DNA of 64,000 nucleotides from Spirochaetales bacterium. Lineage in GTDB: Bacteria > Spirochaetota > Spirochaetia > Treponematales > UBA12059. A program made the position numbers and the translations under genes. Under the pieces are notes generated by a model. The model was not told where the DNA came from. It made no database searches and was given only the letters and a program-made list of their open reading frames with translations. The stretch covers positions 1-64,000 of the forward strand of contig JAFGJV010000010.1 in the NCBI GenBank assembly GCA_016928955.1, in the 5' to 3' direction. Position 1 is the stretch's first letter. The number at the start of each line of letters is the position of its first letter. Positions 39,249-50,100 of this stretch are shown piece by piece.

Positions 39249-40085
39249 CTAGGCCAGCTCGAACCCGTATGTCGCGGCCAGCCTCCGCAGTAATTCCTCG
39301 TCCGGCCGATCTAAAGGCGCGCCGATTTTAACGTAGGAGCCGATGATGCGGTCTCGGTCGTCGCGGATCGGCGCGTACGAGTAGTGATTGACCAGCATAC
39401 GCTTGATTGCCTTGTTGTATACGTAAAAGACCACGTCGGTGCCACTCTCACCCGCCAGCGCTCGCATGCTGGCCAGGCGGGTGCCGTCCTGTGGTTCTCC
39501 CGACTCGCTGAACGCGACTATGGCTTCCGAGTAGTCCGAAAAGCGCGTCTGGACCATGGCCGGGTCGGAAAGGCCCTGTACGGCTTGGTAGGATTTATTG
39601 AAGAACACGACGTCGCCGTTAAGGTCGCAGATGAAGATGGGCTCGGCCGCGTTCTCAAGGGCTGTTTTTATGTAGCGCGAGTACATCTGGCTGCTTTTTT
39701 TCTCCAGAAACAGGCGGTATGCCATCTTGATGGACGCGTCATAAGCCACGATGTTGGACGATTTGACGATATACCCGTAACTGGTGATGCTTTCCGTCAA
39801 GGATATGGTTTCTGGCTCCGTGTGCGACGACACAAAGATTATGGGCAGGTCCCGACGCTTGAGGATGTCCCGGGAAGCGCTTATGCCGTTCGCGTGCGGA
39901 CCCAAGTCGATGTCCATGAGCACCAGGGACACGTCGGCGTCGTCCACGGCTTGCCGGACGGCCGCCTCTGCGTTGGTAGTGTGCGCGACGCGATACCCCA
40001 GCTTTTCCAGCCTGGCCTTGGTGGCCATGCCTATGATCGCCTCATCCTCCACCAATAGAATGGTGCCGTCAGCAAGCGGAGCCAT
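39249..40085 (-). CDS. Response regulator receiver plus PAS domain protein
   Basis: ILLVEDE, VLMDIDL, FVSSH, YIVK; C-terminal PAS-like segment (IFICDLNGDVVFFN...PIRDDRDRIIG). Confidence 0.8.
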   Translation of the reverse strand: MAPLADGTILLVEDEAIIGMATKARLEKLGYRVAHTTNAEAAVRQAVDDADVSLVLMDIDLGPHANGISASRDILKRRDLPIIFVSSHTEPETISLTESITSYGYIVKSSNIVAYDASIKMAYRLFLEKKSSQMYSRYIKTALENAAEPIFICDLNGDVVFFNKSYQAVQGLSDPAMVQTRFSDYSEAIVAFSESGEPQDGTRLASMRALAGESGTDVVFYVYNKAIKRMLVNHYSYAPIRDDRDRIIGSYVKIGAPLDRPDEELLRRLAATYGFELA

Positions 40086-40103
40086 ACAGAGCCTCCCACC
40101 TTC

Positions 40104-40242
40104 AGAGCCAATTTCAAAAGTCGGTTACTTCTGAAATTGGCTTTGCGATTGCTCGCGGTTGTTTGCATATATCGCAACCGCTACGCACATCACGTCTCAA
40201 TATGTAGCTCTTTCAAAACTCGTCCGACTTTTGAAAGAGCTT
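40104..40242. repeat. Palindromic intergenic element, copy 2 (complete, MITE-like)
   Basis: Two terminal hairpins; TTTCAAAAGTCGG (40112-40124) is the exact reverse complement of CCGACTTTTGAAA (40224-40236). Confidence 0.8.
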
Positions 40243-40250
40243 CTTCAGTT

Positions 40251-41096
40251 TTACTTTTCCCTGTCCGTCATGCCAGCCACGAACTGCTTTTGCATGATCA
40301 CCACCACCAGGGCCGGGGGTATCATGGCCAACAGGGTGGTCGCCATGACAATCTGCCACTCTATCTGCACGTCCGCTCCAGATAGCATGCGGTTGATGCC
40401 TATCAGCAGGGTGTAATACTCCTGCTTGGTGGTGATAAGGAGGGGCCACAAGTACTGGTTCCAGCCGTAGATGAACTGGATCACGAACATGGCCGCAATG
40501 GGCGTGCGCGTCATGGGCAGGAGCACGTGCCAAAAAAACTGCATGGGGGTGGCCCCGTCTATCTGCGACGCCTCGGCCATCTCCCTGGGTATGGACATGA
40601 AGTATTGGCGGAACAGGAACACGGCGGTGGCCGACACGATCATGGGCAGGATAAGGCCGGCGTAGCTGTTCAGCATGCCCAAGTCCGATATGACCTTGTA
40701 GGTCGGCATGATGCGCACTTCCACGGGCAGCATCAGGGTGATGAATATGCTCCAGAAGCAGAATTTGCGGAGCGGGAATTTGAAGAACACGATGGCGTAG
40801 GCGGCCATCAACGACACCACGATTTTGCCAATGGATATGCCCAGGGCCATGATGAGCGAATTCTTCATCATGGTCAGCGCTGAGGCGCCGAGGTTTTTGG
40901 ACCCTTCAACGACCGCTTCCTTGTAGTTCTCCAGCAGATGGGGCCCCGGAGTCAAGGGCATGGGCGCAGATAGGATATCCGCGCTGGTATGGGTTGACGC
41001 TATGAACACCAGGTAGATGGGAAATACCAGCACGATGATGGCCAGCCACAGCCACAGGTTTGGGGCGATGCGACGTACGCGTGAATGTTCGGTCAT
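40251..41096 (-). CDS. ugpE: sn-glycerol-3-phosphate ABC transporter permease
   Basis: ITLMLPVEVRIMPTY, SATAVFLFRQYF, WNQYLWPL. Confidence 0.92.
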   Translation of the reverse strand: MTEHSRVRRIAPNLWLWLAIIVLVFPIYLVFIASTHTSADILSAPMPLTPGPHLLENYKEAVVEGSKNLGASALTMMKNSLIMALGISIGKIVVSLMAAYAIVFFKFPLRKFCFWSIFITLMLPVEVRIMPTYKVISDLGMLNSYAGLILPMIVSATAVFLFRQYFMSIPREMAEASQIDGATPMQFFWHVLLPMTRTPIAAMFVIQFIYGWNQYLWPLLITTKQEYYTLLIGINRMLSGADVQIEWQIVMATTLLAMIPPALVVVIMQKQFVAGMTDREK

Positions 41097-41108
41097 GCGG
41101 CCACCCTC

Positions 41109-41999
41109 CTAGTAGTTGACGCGCCGCTCTACGAAGCGGAACTGCAGTATGGTGAGGCCTATGACCATGACCATGAGGATCACGGACTGGGCGGAAGACC
41201 CGCCCAGGTCAAGGTTGATGACGCCGTCCCTCCAAACCTTGTACACCAGGATGCTGGTGGACTTGCCCGGCCCCCCTCCGGTCACTTGGTGCACGATGGG
41301 GAAGGTCTCAAAGAAGCCGTATACCAGGTTCATGACCAGCAGGTAAAAGGTGGTGGGGGACAGAAGCGGGAAAATGATGCGCCAGAAGCGCTTGGCCGGT
41401 CCCGCGCCGTCTATGGCGGCGGCCTCTACCAGGTCCTTGGGCACGCTCTGGAGGCCGGCCAGGAAAAAGACAAAGTTGTACGATATCTGCTTCCACGAAG
41501 CGGCTATGGTTATGAGCAAGAAGGCCTGACCGGAATTGAGCAGGTGCTGCCATTCCACGCCCAGCTTGTGCTTGAGGAACCACGCAATGACGCCAACGTT
41601 CGGGTTGAACATGAAGAGCCACAGGACTCCGGCCACCATGGTCGCCACGGCATAGGGCCATATCAGCATGGTCTTGTAAAATGAGCCCAGCCTGAGTTTC
41701 TTGTTGGCCTGGGTCGCCAGGAACAGGGCAAGCACCATGGACACCAGCGTCACGCACGCCGCAAATGCCACGGACACAACAAACGAGTCCCCATACGCGT
41801 AGAGGGGATCGGTGAACAGGCGCGAATAGTTGCCCAGGCCCACAAAGATCAGCCTGCCCCCAAAGGGGTCCTGCAGGAAGAAGGACTGCCAGATAGCCTG
41901 CGCCGCCGGCCAGAAGAAAAAGAGGAACACAATGACCATCTGCGGCGTGACCAGAAGGTACGGCAGCCACTTGCTCTTGAACTCGTATTGTCCTGTCAT
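41109..41999 (-). CDS. ugpA: sn-glycerol-3-phosphate ABC transporter permease
   Basis: LPYLLVTPQ, FFFWPA, WKQISYNF, PLLSPTTFYL. Confidence 0.92.
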   Translation of the reverse strand: MTGQYEFKSKWLPYLLVTPQMVIVFLFFFWPAAQAIWQSFFLQDPFGGRLIFVGLGNYSRLFTDPLYAYGDSFVVSVAFAACVTLVSMVLALFLATQANKKLRLGSFYKTMLIWPYAVATMVAGVLWLFMFNPNVGVIAWFLKHKLGVEWQHLLNSGQAFLLITIAASWKQISYNFVFFLAGLQSVPKDLVEAAAIDGAGPAKRFWRIIFPLLSPTTFYLLVMNLVYGFFETFPIVHQVTGGGPGKSTSILVYKVWRDGVINLDLGGSSAQSVILMVMVIGLTILQFRFVERRVNY

Positions 42000-42018
42000 C
42001 CCCACCCCACACCACAAG

Positions 42019-42047
42019 AAAAACCCATCCGCTCTCAGCGGATGGGT
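42019..42047 (-). terminator. Intercistronic hairpin/terminator between ugpB and ugpA
   Basis: ACCCATCCGCT-GAG-AGCGGATGGGT then TTTTCTT on the minus strand. Confidence 0.65.
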
Positions 42048-42059
42048 CTAACGGTTCCC

Positions 42060-43400
42060 TTACTGGGCCAGTTGCTCGAATTCCCTGAGTTTCTGGTTGC
42101 CTTCTGCCACCATCTTGGCCAAACCGGCCTCAATGCCGATCTTGCCCGCCAGGATATCCTCCCAGGTCTGGTCCTCAATCTCGCGGATGATGTTGAAGTT
42201 GCCGAAGCGTATGCCCATGGAGTTGGGCGTGGGCGCCTTGTTGAGTAGCTGTTTGATGGCCACCTCGGGGCCGGGGTTGGCGTCATAGAAACCCTGGCTC
42301 TTGGTCAGCTCATAAGCGGCCACGGTTATGGGCAGGTAACCGGTGTTCTGGTGCCATTGGGCCTGCGACTCTGGCAGGGACAGGAAGGAGAAGAACTCGG
42401 CAATGCCGCGGTATTCGTAGTTAGCCTTGCCGCTGAACACCCAGAGGCTGGCGCCGCCTATGATGGTGTTCTGGGGAGCGCCGGGAGCGTCCGGATAGTA
42501 CGGAAGCCTGGCCACGCCAAACTCGAATTTGCAGTTGGCCTTCATGTTGCCGTACCCGCCGATGGACTCAAAGTGCATGCCCACCTGGCCGGACGTGAAC
42601 AGGGGGTTGGCCTTGTTCTCGCGGCCGCCGTATATGAACACCTTGTCCTTGGCCAGCTCGGCTATGGTCTGGAAATGCTTGATGGTCAGCGGGGAATTGA
42701 ACACCAGCTCGGTATCCAGACCGTCAAAGCCGTTGGACTTGGTGCCAAAGGGCTGGTTGTGCCAGGCGGAGAAATTCTCCAGCTGTATCCAGGATATCCA
42801 GTTGGTGGTGAAACCGCCCTCCATCCCGGATGCCTTGAGCTTTTTGGCCACGTCGAAGAATTCCGGCCAGGTCTCTGGCGGGCGCTCTGGGTCCAGGCCA
42901 GCGGCCCGGAAAGCGTCCTTGTTGTAGTACATGACGGCCGTTGACGAGTTGAAGGGCAGGGACAGCATCTCGCCCTTGGAGGTGGAATAGTAGCTGGTGA
43001 TGGTCGGGATGTATATCTTGGGGTCGAACTTGTGCCCGAACTCCTTCATGAGCTCGTGCACAGGCTTGATGGCTCCCTTGGCGGACATCATGGTAGCCGT
43101 GCCGACCTCGTATACCTGGATGACATGCGGGGCTTGATCGGCGCGGAACGCGGCTATGCCGGCGTTCATGGTGTCGCTGTACGAGCCTTTGTACACGGGC
43201 GTCACCACATACTTGGCCTGGGACGCGTTGTACTGGTCGGCCAGCGCCTGGACCATTTCCCCGTTTTTGCCAGTCATGGCGTGCCAGATCTCTATGGTGA
43301 TGGGACCCTCGGGTACTTCCTCCTTGGGTTGGCAGGAACTCAAGGCAAATCCGCAGGCGAGCGCGAAGGCCACCAGGGCGACTAGATAGCGCATCCTCAT
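42060..43400 (-). CDS. ugpB: sn-glycerol-3-phosphate ABC transporter substrate-binding lipoprotein
   Basis: WHAMTG, QVYEVGTATMM, PFNSST, WIQLENFSAWH, IIGGASLWV. Confidence 0.93.
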   Translation of the reverse strand: MRMRYLVALVAFALACGFALSSCQPKEEVPEGPITIEIWHAMTGKNGEMVQALADQYNASQAKYVVTPVYKGSYSDTMNAGIAAFRADQAPHVIQVYEVGTATMMSAKGAIKPVHELMKEFGHKFDPKIYIPTITSYYSTSKGEMLSLPFNSSTAVMYYNKDAFRAAGLDPERPPETWPEFFDVAKKLKASGMEGGFTTNWISWIQLENFSAWHNQPFGTKSNGFDGLDTELVFNSPLTIKHFQTIAELAKDKVFIYGGRENKANPLFTSGQVGMHFESIGGYGNMKANCKFEFGVARLPYYPDAPGAPQNTIIGGASLWVFSGKANYEYRGIAEFFSFLSLPESQAQWHQNTGYLPITVAAYELTKSQGFYDANPGPEVAIKQLLNKAPTPNSMGIRFGNFNIIREIEDQTWEDILAGKIGIEAGLAKMVAEGNQKLREFEQLAQ

Positions 43401-43483
43401 CGTTTTCCTCCTTGAACAACTTGCCCGTCCAGCACGGGATACCGATCATTGTAGGCCCAGCCCGCCGTCCACGCAAGGAAAAC

Positions 43484-43516
43484 AAAAAGCCGCCCGGCCC
43501 AGCGCCGGACGGCTTT
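43484..43516 (-). terminator. Intrinsic terminator after SH3 lipoprotein gene
   Basis: GCCGTCCGGC...GCCGGGCGGC then T5 on the minus strand. Confidence 0.6.
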
Positions 43517-43566
43517 GCTTGCGCAAGGACTTCAAGGCCTAGGCCTTGAGGTCCCGTCTGCAGGCT

Positions 43567-44568
43567 CTACTCCAGGAAGGCTCCGAACACCCAGCCGTCC
43601 ACGGGCGAGATGATATGGTACCAGTGGGCGGTGTCGCTGCCCACGGTAACGGTCTTGGCGCTGCGTTCCACCACTTCCACGAGGTCGCCGGTGTTCAGCT
43701 CGCCAATCACGTTGTCCGCGCTGGTGTCTGGCGCCGAGCGCACGCGGACCAGGTCCTTGGTCACGGTCATGGTGCCCGCCTCGGACACCAGGTCCATGGG
43801 CGCGGCGCCGCCCTGGAGGGCCAGGAGGGCGTTGTTGAGATCGTCAATAAGGCCGGACGCGCGATACGCGTCGATAGCGCCTTCCAGGATGTTGATCTTG
43901 CGCTCCTTGTCACCCTCGGCAAGGCTACCCACCACATGCAGGACAACGGCCGCCTGGACGTCCGTGGTACCCAGCATCAGGTTGCTGCGCATGACCCACT
44001 TGTCGTACACGGGATTCTGTTTGGGCAGGGAATAGCTGATCTGTACAAAGCCCTCTGGGGTGATATCCCCGTCCACGATGGCCACGATGGTGCCGCGGGG
44101 TACCACAGTCTTGGTGGCCCCGACAGGTTTGGGATCGTTGTACAGCACGCATTTTTCGTCTTTGACCACGGCCAGCTGGTCGGCCACCAGGGTGTAGGCC
44201 GGGCTGATGTACGCGCCATCTCCGTCCTTGGGCACCTTGACGCCGGCCGGAACCTCTATGGGCATGTAGTCAACGGAGTTCTTGCCGTCGGTGGTGTATG
44301 CGTCAACGTCGCCAATAATGGTGACACGGTCGGCTATGGTCATGGTGCCGATCCACTTAAGCTGTTCGAGGCCGTCCACGGGCTCTTTGTTCAGGTCCCG
44401 GGTCCACAAGTTGAGGCCGTGGAGCATGACATAGGCGTCGGTGCCGCCGGGCTGTACCACGGGCGCGTTGGCCGGTCCCTTGACGGCCTCTCCGCCGGCC
44501 TTGGAGCAGGACATTCCAAAACCTAAAACAGCCGTCACGATCAGAAGGATGGTCAGGGTTCGTCTCAT
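43567..44568 (-). CDS. SH3-domain lipoprotein
   Basis: Lipobox GMSC; C-terminal VRVRSAPDTSADNVIGELNTGDLVEV...WYHI...DGWVFGAFL bacterial SH3 pattern; upstream TTGACA-17-TACAGT. Confidence 0.8.
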   Translation of the reverse strand: MRRTLTILLIVTAVLGFGMSCSKAGGEAVKGPANAPVVQPGGTDAYVMLHGLNLWTRDLNKEPVDGLEQLKWIGTMTIADRVTIIGDVDAYTTDGKNSVDYMPIEVPAGVKVPKDGDGAYISPAYTLVADQLAVVKDEKCVLYNDPKPVGATKTVVPRGTIVAIVDGDITPEGFVQISYSLPKQNPVYDKWVMRSNLMLGTTDVQAAVVLHVVGSLAEGDKERKINILEGAIDAYRASGLIDDLNNALLALQGGAAPMDLVSEAGTMTVTKDLVRVRSAPDTSADNVIGELNTGDLVEVVERSAKTVTVGSDTAHWYHIISPVDGWVFGAFLE

Positions 44569-44721
44569 CGTCGATTCCTCCATGTTTGATGCATAACCGC
44601 CGGCAAAGCCGACAGAACATACCATTGTATCTTGCAGCACTGTAAAAGCTGGGCGACGCTTTGTCAATCGAGGCCTTGTCCCCAAGGCTCGGTCAATCTC
44701 GCCTACGGACGTCCGCCACGG

Positions 44722-47145
44722 TCAGCGCTGGACCTGGATGCGGACCGACGAGCGTCCCAGCTCGCCGTCCAGCGGGGCGTCCGGTAGCCTGGCCGGAGGC
44801 GGCGCTGATCCCGCGGCCATACCCAGGGCCGTGATCCTGTGCTCGCCTGCCTGTAGAACCAAATCGGCCGTGAACGGCCGCCGCACGTTGGCCAGCAGGC
44901 TGCCGTTCACGTACCAGGCCACGCTTTGCACCTCTGATGCGCAGTCGGCCCTTAGCTCGAGGCTCTGCCTGCGCTCGTCGTAACCCGGCTCGATGATGAA
45001 GCGGTCGCCGTCCAGCGGGAACTCTACGGTGACCGTGGCGGCCTGGGCCCGGGCGCTGTCCGGTCCCGCTCTGAGCACCAGGGCGCCCTGCCCTTCCAGC
45101 CAGGCATCGTACTCGGGTCCCAAGGCCAGGCGCAGGGACGGCACACGCCGGGACTCAGGCGTGGCGCTTGAGGCCTCGGACCCGTCCCGGGAGTCCACCA
45201 TAACCACCACATGGACGCCGCACTGGCGCGTGGGCGTGTTTTCCTCCTTGAACGGCAGGGTGACGGCTCCCGGGCAGTGCGGTCCGGGCAGGGCGCCTGA
45301 CACCGGGCACACGGCCAGTCGCACGATGCCGTCAGGCGGACTCAGGTCGGCCGCCGCGTGCCCGCTTCCGCCCAGCAGCAGGGAGGCCGCCTTGTGGAAC
45401 AGGGGGCCGGCCCCGGTAGATCCGGACAGCTGGTCTGTGGGCTGGCCTGAAAAGTTCCCCGCCCATACGGCCAGGGTGTAGCGCTCGTTGTAGCCGATGG
45501 CCCAGTTGTCGCGCCAGTTTTCGCTGGTGCCGGTCTTGACGGCAAGGGGAAAGCCGAACAGCAGGGGATTGTTCTCTCCGAAAGCCCGCATGCGGACGCG
45601 CTCGTCCTGCAGGATGTCGCTGACCATCCAGGCGGCCCGTGCCGAGTATACCCGCCGGCTGTCGCCGGTTTGCTGGCCGACCCAGGCTTTGAGCTCGCCC
45701 AGCACGCCGCCTGTGGCCAAGGCCGAATAGGCGCGGGTTAGGGCCAGGAGGCTGGTCTCAGCGTTGCCGAGCACCAGTCCCAGGCCATAGCGGTCCAACT
45801 CGGCCCGGTAGTCGCCCACCCCAAGGGTGTTGAGCATGTCCGCGAACTCCCCAAGGCCCAGTTCGTTGACCAGCCGCAGGGCCGGCACGTTCAGGCTACG
45901 GCCAAGGGCCTCATAGGCCGTGACGGGTCCCAGGAACTCTCCCGAGTGGTTGCGCGGCTCGTACAGCATGCCGTCCGCCCCGTGGTAGAGTATGGGCACA
46001 TCCGCCAGTATGGAACCGCTGTCCCAGCGGCCCTCAAAGGCCAGCGCGTACGCAAAGGGTTTGAGCGTGGAACCGGGCTGCCTGGGCGACAGGGCCCCGT
46101 TGACCGAACCGGTCTCGGGGCGCCAGTAATCAGGCGAGCCGACCATGGCCAGGACCTCCATGGTGCTGTTGTCCAGCACCACGATGGCGGCGTCTTCCGC
46201 GCCGGGACTGGTGGCGGCATGCTCGCGGGCCAAGGCCTCCAGGGCCTGGTTCAAACCCAGGTCCAGGCAGAGGCGCAGCTCCCCCCGGGGTGGATACAGG
46301 CCAAGCGCCCAGTCGGTGGCGTGCATGGCCTTGGGACGGACGGCGTCGCCCACGGTCTGCACGCTCTCCATCTGGGCGGCCAGACGCTCAGCTTTTGTGA
46401 CCATGCCCAGCTCGGCCATGCGGCCAAGCACATAGGCGCGGCGGGCCAGATAGTCGTCCACATGCTGGACGGGGTCGTACCTGCCCGGTGCCTGGATCAT
46501 GCCCACCAGGCCTGCCGCCTCGCCCAGCGACAGGTGCTCCGCGGGCTTTCCGAACCAGTAACGGCTGGCCGCTTCTATGCCCACGGCGGGGCCGCCCAAC
46601 GGCACGCGGTTGAGGTAGATGGTCAGGATGGCGGCCTTGTTCAGGGCCAGCTCCAGCCTGACGGCGTCCACGGTCTGCCCTATTTTCCCCATCAAGGTGC
46701 GCGGGTGGCCGTATACCAGCCTGGCCGTCTGCATGCTGATGGTCGACGCCCCTCCGCCCCCGCCGCCGAACAGGCCCAGAACTGCGCGGCCCACGGCCCT
46801 GATATCCACGCCCAGGTGGCTGTAGAAGCGAGCGTCCTCGGACGCTATGGCTGCGTCCCTGACCAGGTCAGGCAGGCGCGAGCTGTCCAGCCACAGGTAG
46901 CGCTCTCCCGACTCGTTGGCCGCGTCGCGGAGAAAGGCGCCGTTCCTGTCGTACAGGCGCCAGGATTCAGGCCAGCCCGCCTTGATGGCCAAAAAATCCG
47001 GCCAGGGCCGGCCCGGCATGGGGCCAAAGGCGCCGTACATGACGACGGCCAGCGATAGGAGCCAGGCTCCCGCCACGCGCCGCCTGGACGGAAGGGAACC
47101 GGGCGCCCTCAAGGGGCGGCCCGGCAGCCTTGCGTGCACGGTCAC
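44722..47145 (-). CDS. pbpC: Penicillin-binding protein 1C
   Basis: Transglycosylase EDARFYSHLGVD, GASTISMQ; transpeptidase STLK, SLN, KTG; C-terminal Ig-like domain; overlaps the A2M stop. Confidence 0.9.
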   Translation of the reverse strand: MTVHARLPGRPLRAPGSLPSRRRVAGAWLLSLAVVMYGAFGPMPGRPWPDFLAIKAGWPESWRLYDRNGAFLRDAANESGERYLWLDSSRLPDLVRDAAIASEDARFYSHLGVDIRAVGRAVLGLFGGGGGGASTISMQTARLVYGHPRTLMGKIGQTVDAVRLELALNKAAILTIYLNRVPLGGPAVGIEAASRYWFGKPAEHLSLGEAAGLVGMIQAPGRYDPVQHVDDYLARRAYVLGRMAELGMVTKAERLAAQMESVQTVGDAVRPKAMHATDWALGLYPPRGELRLCLDLGLNQALEALAREHAATSPGAEDAAIVVLDNSTMEVLAMVGSPDYWRPETGSVNGALSPRQPGSTLKPFAYALAFEGRWDSGSILADVPILYHGADGMLYEPRNHSGEFLGPVTAYEALGRSLNVPALRLVNELGLGEFADMLNTLGVGDYRAELDRYGLGLVLGNAETSLLALTRAYSALATGGVLGELKAWVGQQTGDSRRVYSARAAWMVSDILQDERVRMRAFGENNPLLFGFPLAVKTGTSENWRDNWAIGYNERYTLAVWAGNFSGQPTDQLSGSTGAGPLFHKAASLLLGGSGHAAADLSPPDGIVRLAVCPVSGALPGPHCPGAVTLPFKEENTPTRQCGVHVVVMVDSRDGSEASSATPESRRVPSLRLALGPEYDAWLEGQGALVLRAGPDSARAQAATVTVEFPLDGDRFIIEPGYDERRQSLELRADCASEVQSVAWYVNGSLLANVRRPFTADLVLQAGEHRITALGMAAGSAPPPARLPDAPLDGELGRSSVRIQVQR

Positions 47146-50100
47146 TGCACCGTTACGATATCCGCGCCCGTGGTCGCGTTCACGTCCGTTTCATACATGG
47201 CTTCTACCCTGCCCGCGGGCCGGAGGAAGGTACCGGCAACCGTCGCCCGAGCCAGGTACACGAACTCATACTCGCCGGGCAGCATGTCGTCCACAAAGAA
47301 GGCCACGCGGGCGTCGCGGATCTCCTGGTAGGACAGCACGGAGCGCGCCCTCAAGGCCGCGGGGCTGAGTTCTCCCATATCCAGGCTGCCCGTGGTGGCC
47401 AGCGCCGCGTTCTGGGCTTCCAGGCCTGCAGGCAGCTTGTCGTCTATGGCCACGTAGTTGCGATGCTCGGGATTCTTGACGAACAAGCGCACGCGAACCA
47501 GGGAACCGGCCGGAATGGCGTTCAGGTCCAGGGGAGAGCCGTCCAGCGTCTCGTATACGCGGGTATAGGTAAAGCCTGAGCTGGTGGGCTCCTCTATGGC
47601 CTTGTCTATTGGCACGCGATAGCCGACGCGCACGGTCACGAAGGACGCGGCCGGCATGCCGCTTATCTTCAGAGTGAGCGACGAGCCCTGGGCGGCCGAG
47701 CCCAGGTCGGATTCGCGTATGCGCGCTATCTTGATGCGCCTGTCCGCACTTTCCATCTGGGCTGAGCCGAGCTTGAACGACCCTATCTGTATGCTCGGGC
47801 TGAAGGACGCGCCCGATGCGCCGGTCTTGACGAGCTCGTACACGCCCATGATGCCGAACACGTTTTCTTGGGTATTGCCCCAGATTCCGTAGCCCTCCTG
47901 CCTGCGCGCCAAGAGGCCCGCAAGGAGCTTGCTCGTGAGCTCGTCGTCCTTGGCGGCCATGGCGTAGGCTATCAGCGCGCTGCCGTGGGAGCGCAGGGGC
48001 GAATCCATGCTGTAGCCGCCTGCGCGCCCGCCCTCGTACCAGGCTTCCTTGGCGTCGGTCTTGGACTCCTCCCTGAGATAAGCCAGCATGGGCTCGAGGA
48101 GGGACTGATCCAGCTGGGGCGACTCCCTGACGGCTATGGCCAGGAAGGAAACCCCGAAGGGCGTCAGGTTCTTGCGCTCGCGCCAGAGGGTTTGGACGTA
48201 CTGGGGTTGGGGCCTGCCAAGCCGTCCAAGGGTCATGACAAAGAGGGCCCTGGTATCTCCGTCAGGCACGCTTCCGTGGGGCATCTCGCCTGAGATCTTG
48301 CCTTCCCTGAGCGCGGCTTCCAGGTAATCGGCCATGCGTTCCAGCGACGCGTCCGGCACGTCGTAGCCCTGCTTCTTGGCCTCTATGAGGGCGGTCAGCC
48401 CAAAGGCCGTGGCAAAGGCATGGGGTTGGTCGCTCCCCGGCCAGTAGGAAAGGCCGCCCGCGCTGGTCTGGAAGGCCAGGATGCGCTTGATACCGGCCTC
48501 CGAGAACTCCTTGAGCTTGGCCATGTCCACGTCCACACCTATGGCCGGTATGAGATCCTTGAGAACCACCAAGGGGTACGCGGTGCTGGTTGTCTGCTCG
48601 ATGCAGCCGTTGGGATACTGGATGAGGTACTGCACCGCGTCTTTAAGCTCGGACAGCGGCGTGCTGGACAGGGCAACTTCCAGTTCCAGGGTACCCGGCA
48701 CTCTGCCCTGGGGCAGGGTCACTTGGTAGCTGGACGAGCCCGAGCCCGTGAACGACAGCACCTCCGTCTTGAGCACCCCAGGATCCAGCACCGGCAGGGC
48801 GAATTCGGCGGCGTCCGAAGCTCCGCCGGCCGAGGCTGAAAAGCGCAGTTTGGCGCTGCAAGGCACGGTGCCTGCCTTGACCCTGTAGAGGACGGTGGCG
48901 CTGGTGCCGGCCTTGACCTGGACAACGCGCGCCGCCTGCCCCGAAACAAGCCCGACGCCCTCAAAAACGGCCTTGACGCTGACAGCCGCGTCTGCGCCGG
49001 TCTTGTTGTACAGGATGACGCCGGCGTCAAACTCGTCTCCGGGGTAGGAGAAGCGGGGCGACACTGGCAGGATGGAGAGCGGTTTGTCCGAGGTAAAGCT
49101 GGCCTGGCCGTTGCCATACGAGCCCTTGCCGTCCGCGGCCGTCACCATGATCCGGTAGCTGGTTATGTTGTCGGGCACGGTGAACTCAAGGGTCGCCCGG
49201 CCGGCGGAGTCGGTCTTGACGGCGGGGTTCCAGTAGGCCGTGCTTTTGAACAGGCGCCTGAGAGCGGCGTCGAGGTCGCTCCTGGACGCCGCCGGGTCGT
49301 CGCCCCCGCCGCCGCCGGGGAAGATGGCCTCAAAGCGCTCCCTGCGCGAGTGCGGGAGGTCCAGCCAGCTGGCCGCCGTGCGCACGGAAAGGCCGGCGGG
49401 CTTGTACAGGGGCGGCAGGGGGTCGGGCGTCCGGTAGCCGGTCAGGGCCAGGACAGCCTCGTCCACCACGGCCACCGCGAACTGGGCCTGGACGGGCCTG
49501 CCCGCCGCGTCCTTAATGGTAACCGGCAGCCTGATTCTGGAACCGGGCTGATACACGTCCTTGAGTCCCGTGAACTCTGCGCTCAGACGCTTGCTCTCAG
49601 GGCTGACGGGCAGCTCAACGTAGCCCAGCTTGAAGCCGGGAGCGCCTGTCTCGTAGCCCAGGGCATCTTTCTGGAAATGCGCGCGCCCGCGCACGATCAC
49701 CACGGACACGTACACATTCGGCGCGTAATGGTCCTTGATGGGCAGTTCTATAACAGGGGTGTCGCCGTCAAAGGAAATGAGCTTGGCTTCCAGCACACGG
49801 TCCCGCTCGATGCACAAAAGGCCAACGGCCGTGTCGTAGGGGCTCTCGACCACCAGGCGGGCCGTGTCGCCTGAAACATAGGAGTCCTTGTCGCGCACCA
49901 CGTCGATGCGCTCCATGTCAAAGCGCGGCCAGCCGGCGGTTTCGTCTCCGCCCACCGTGACCACCGTTTCCGTGGACGCGTACGCGCCGGTGGCCGGGTC
50001 CCGCACGGACGCCCGCACCTTGTACACGCCCGCCGTGGGCGGAAGATAGTTCCAGGCCACCGGTACGTCCTTGGACGTTAGCGTTGCGGTACCAGAGGCG

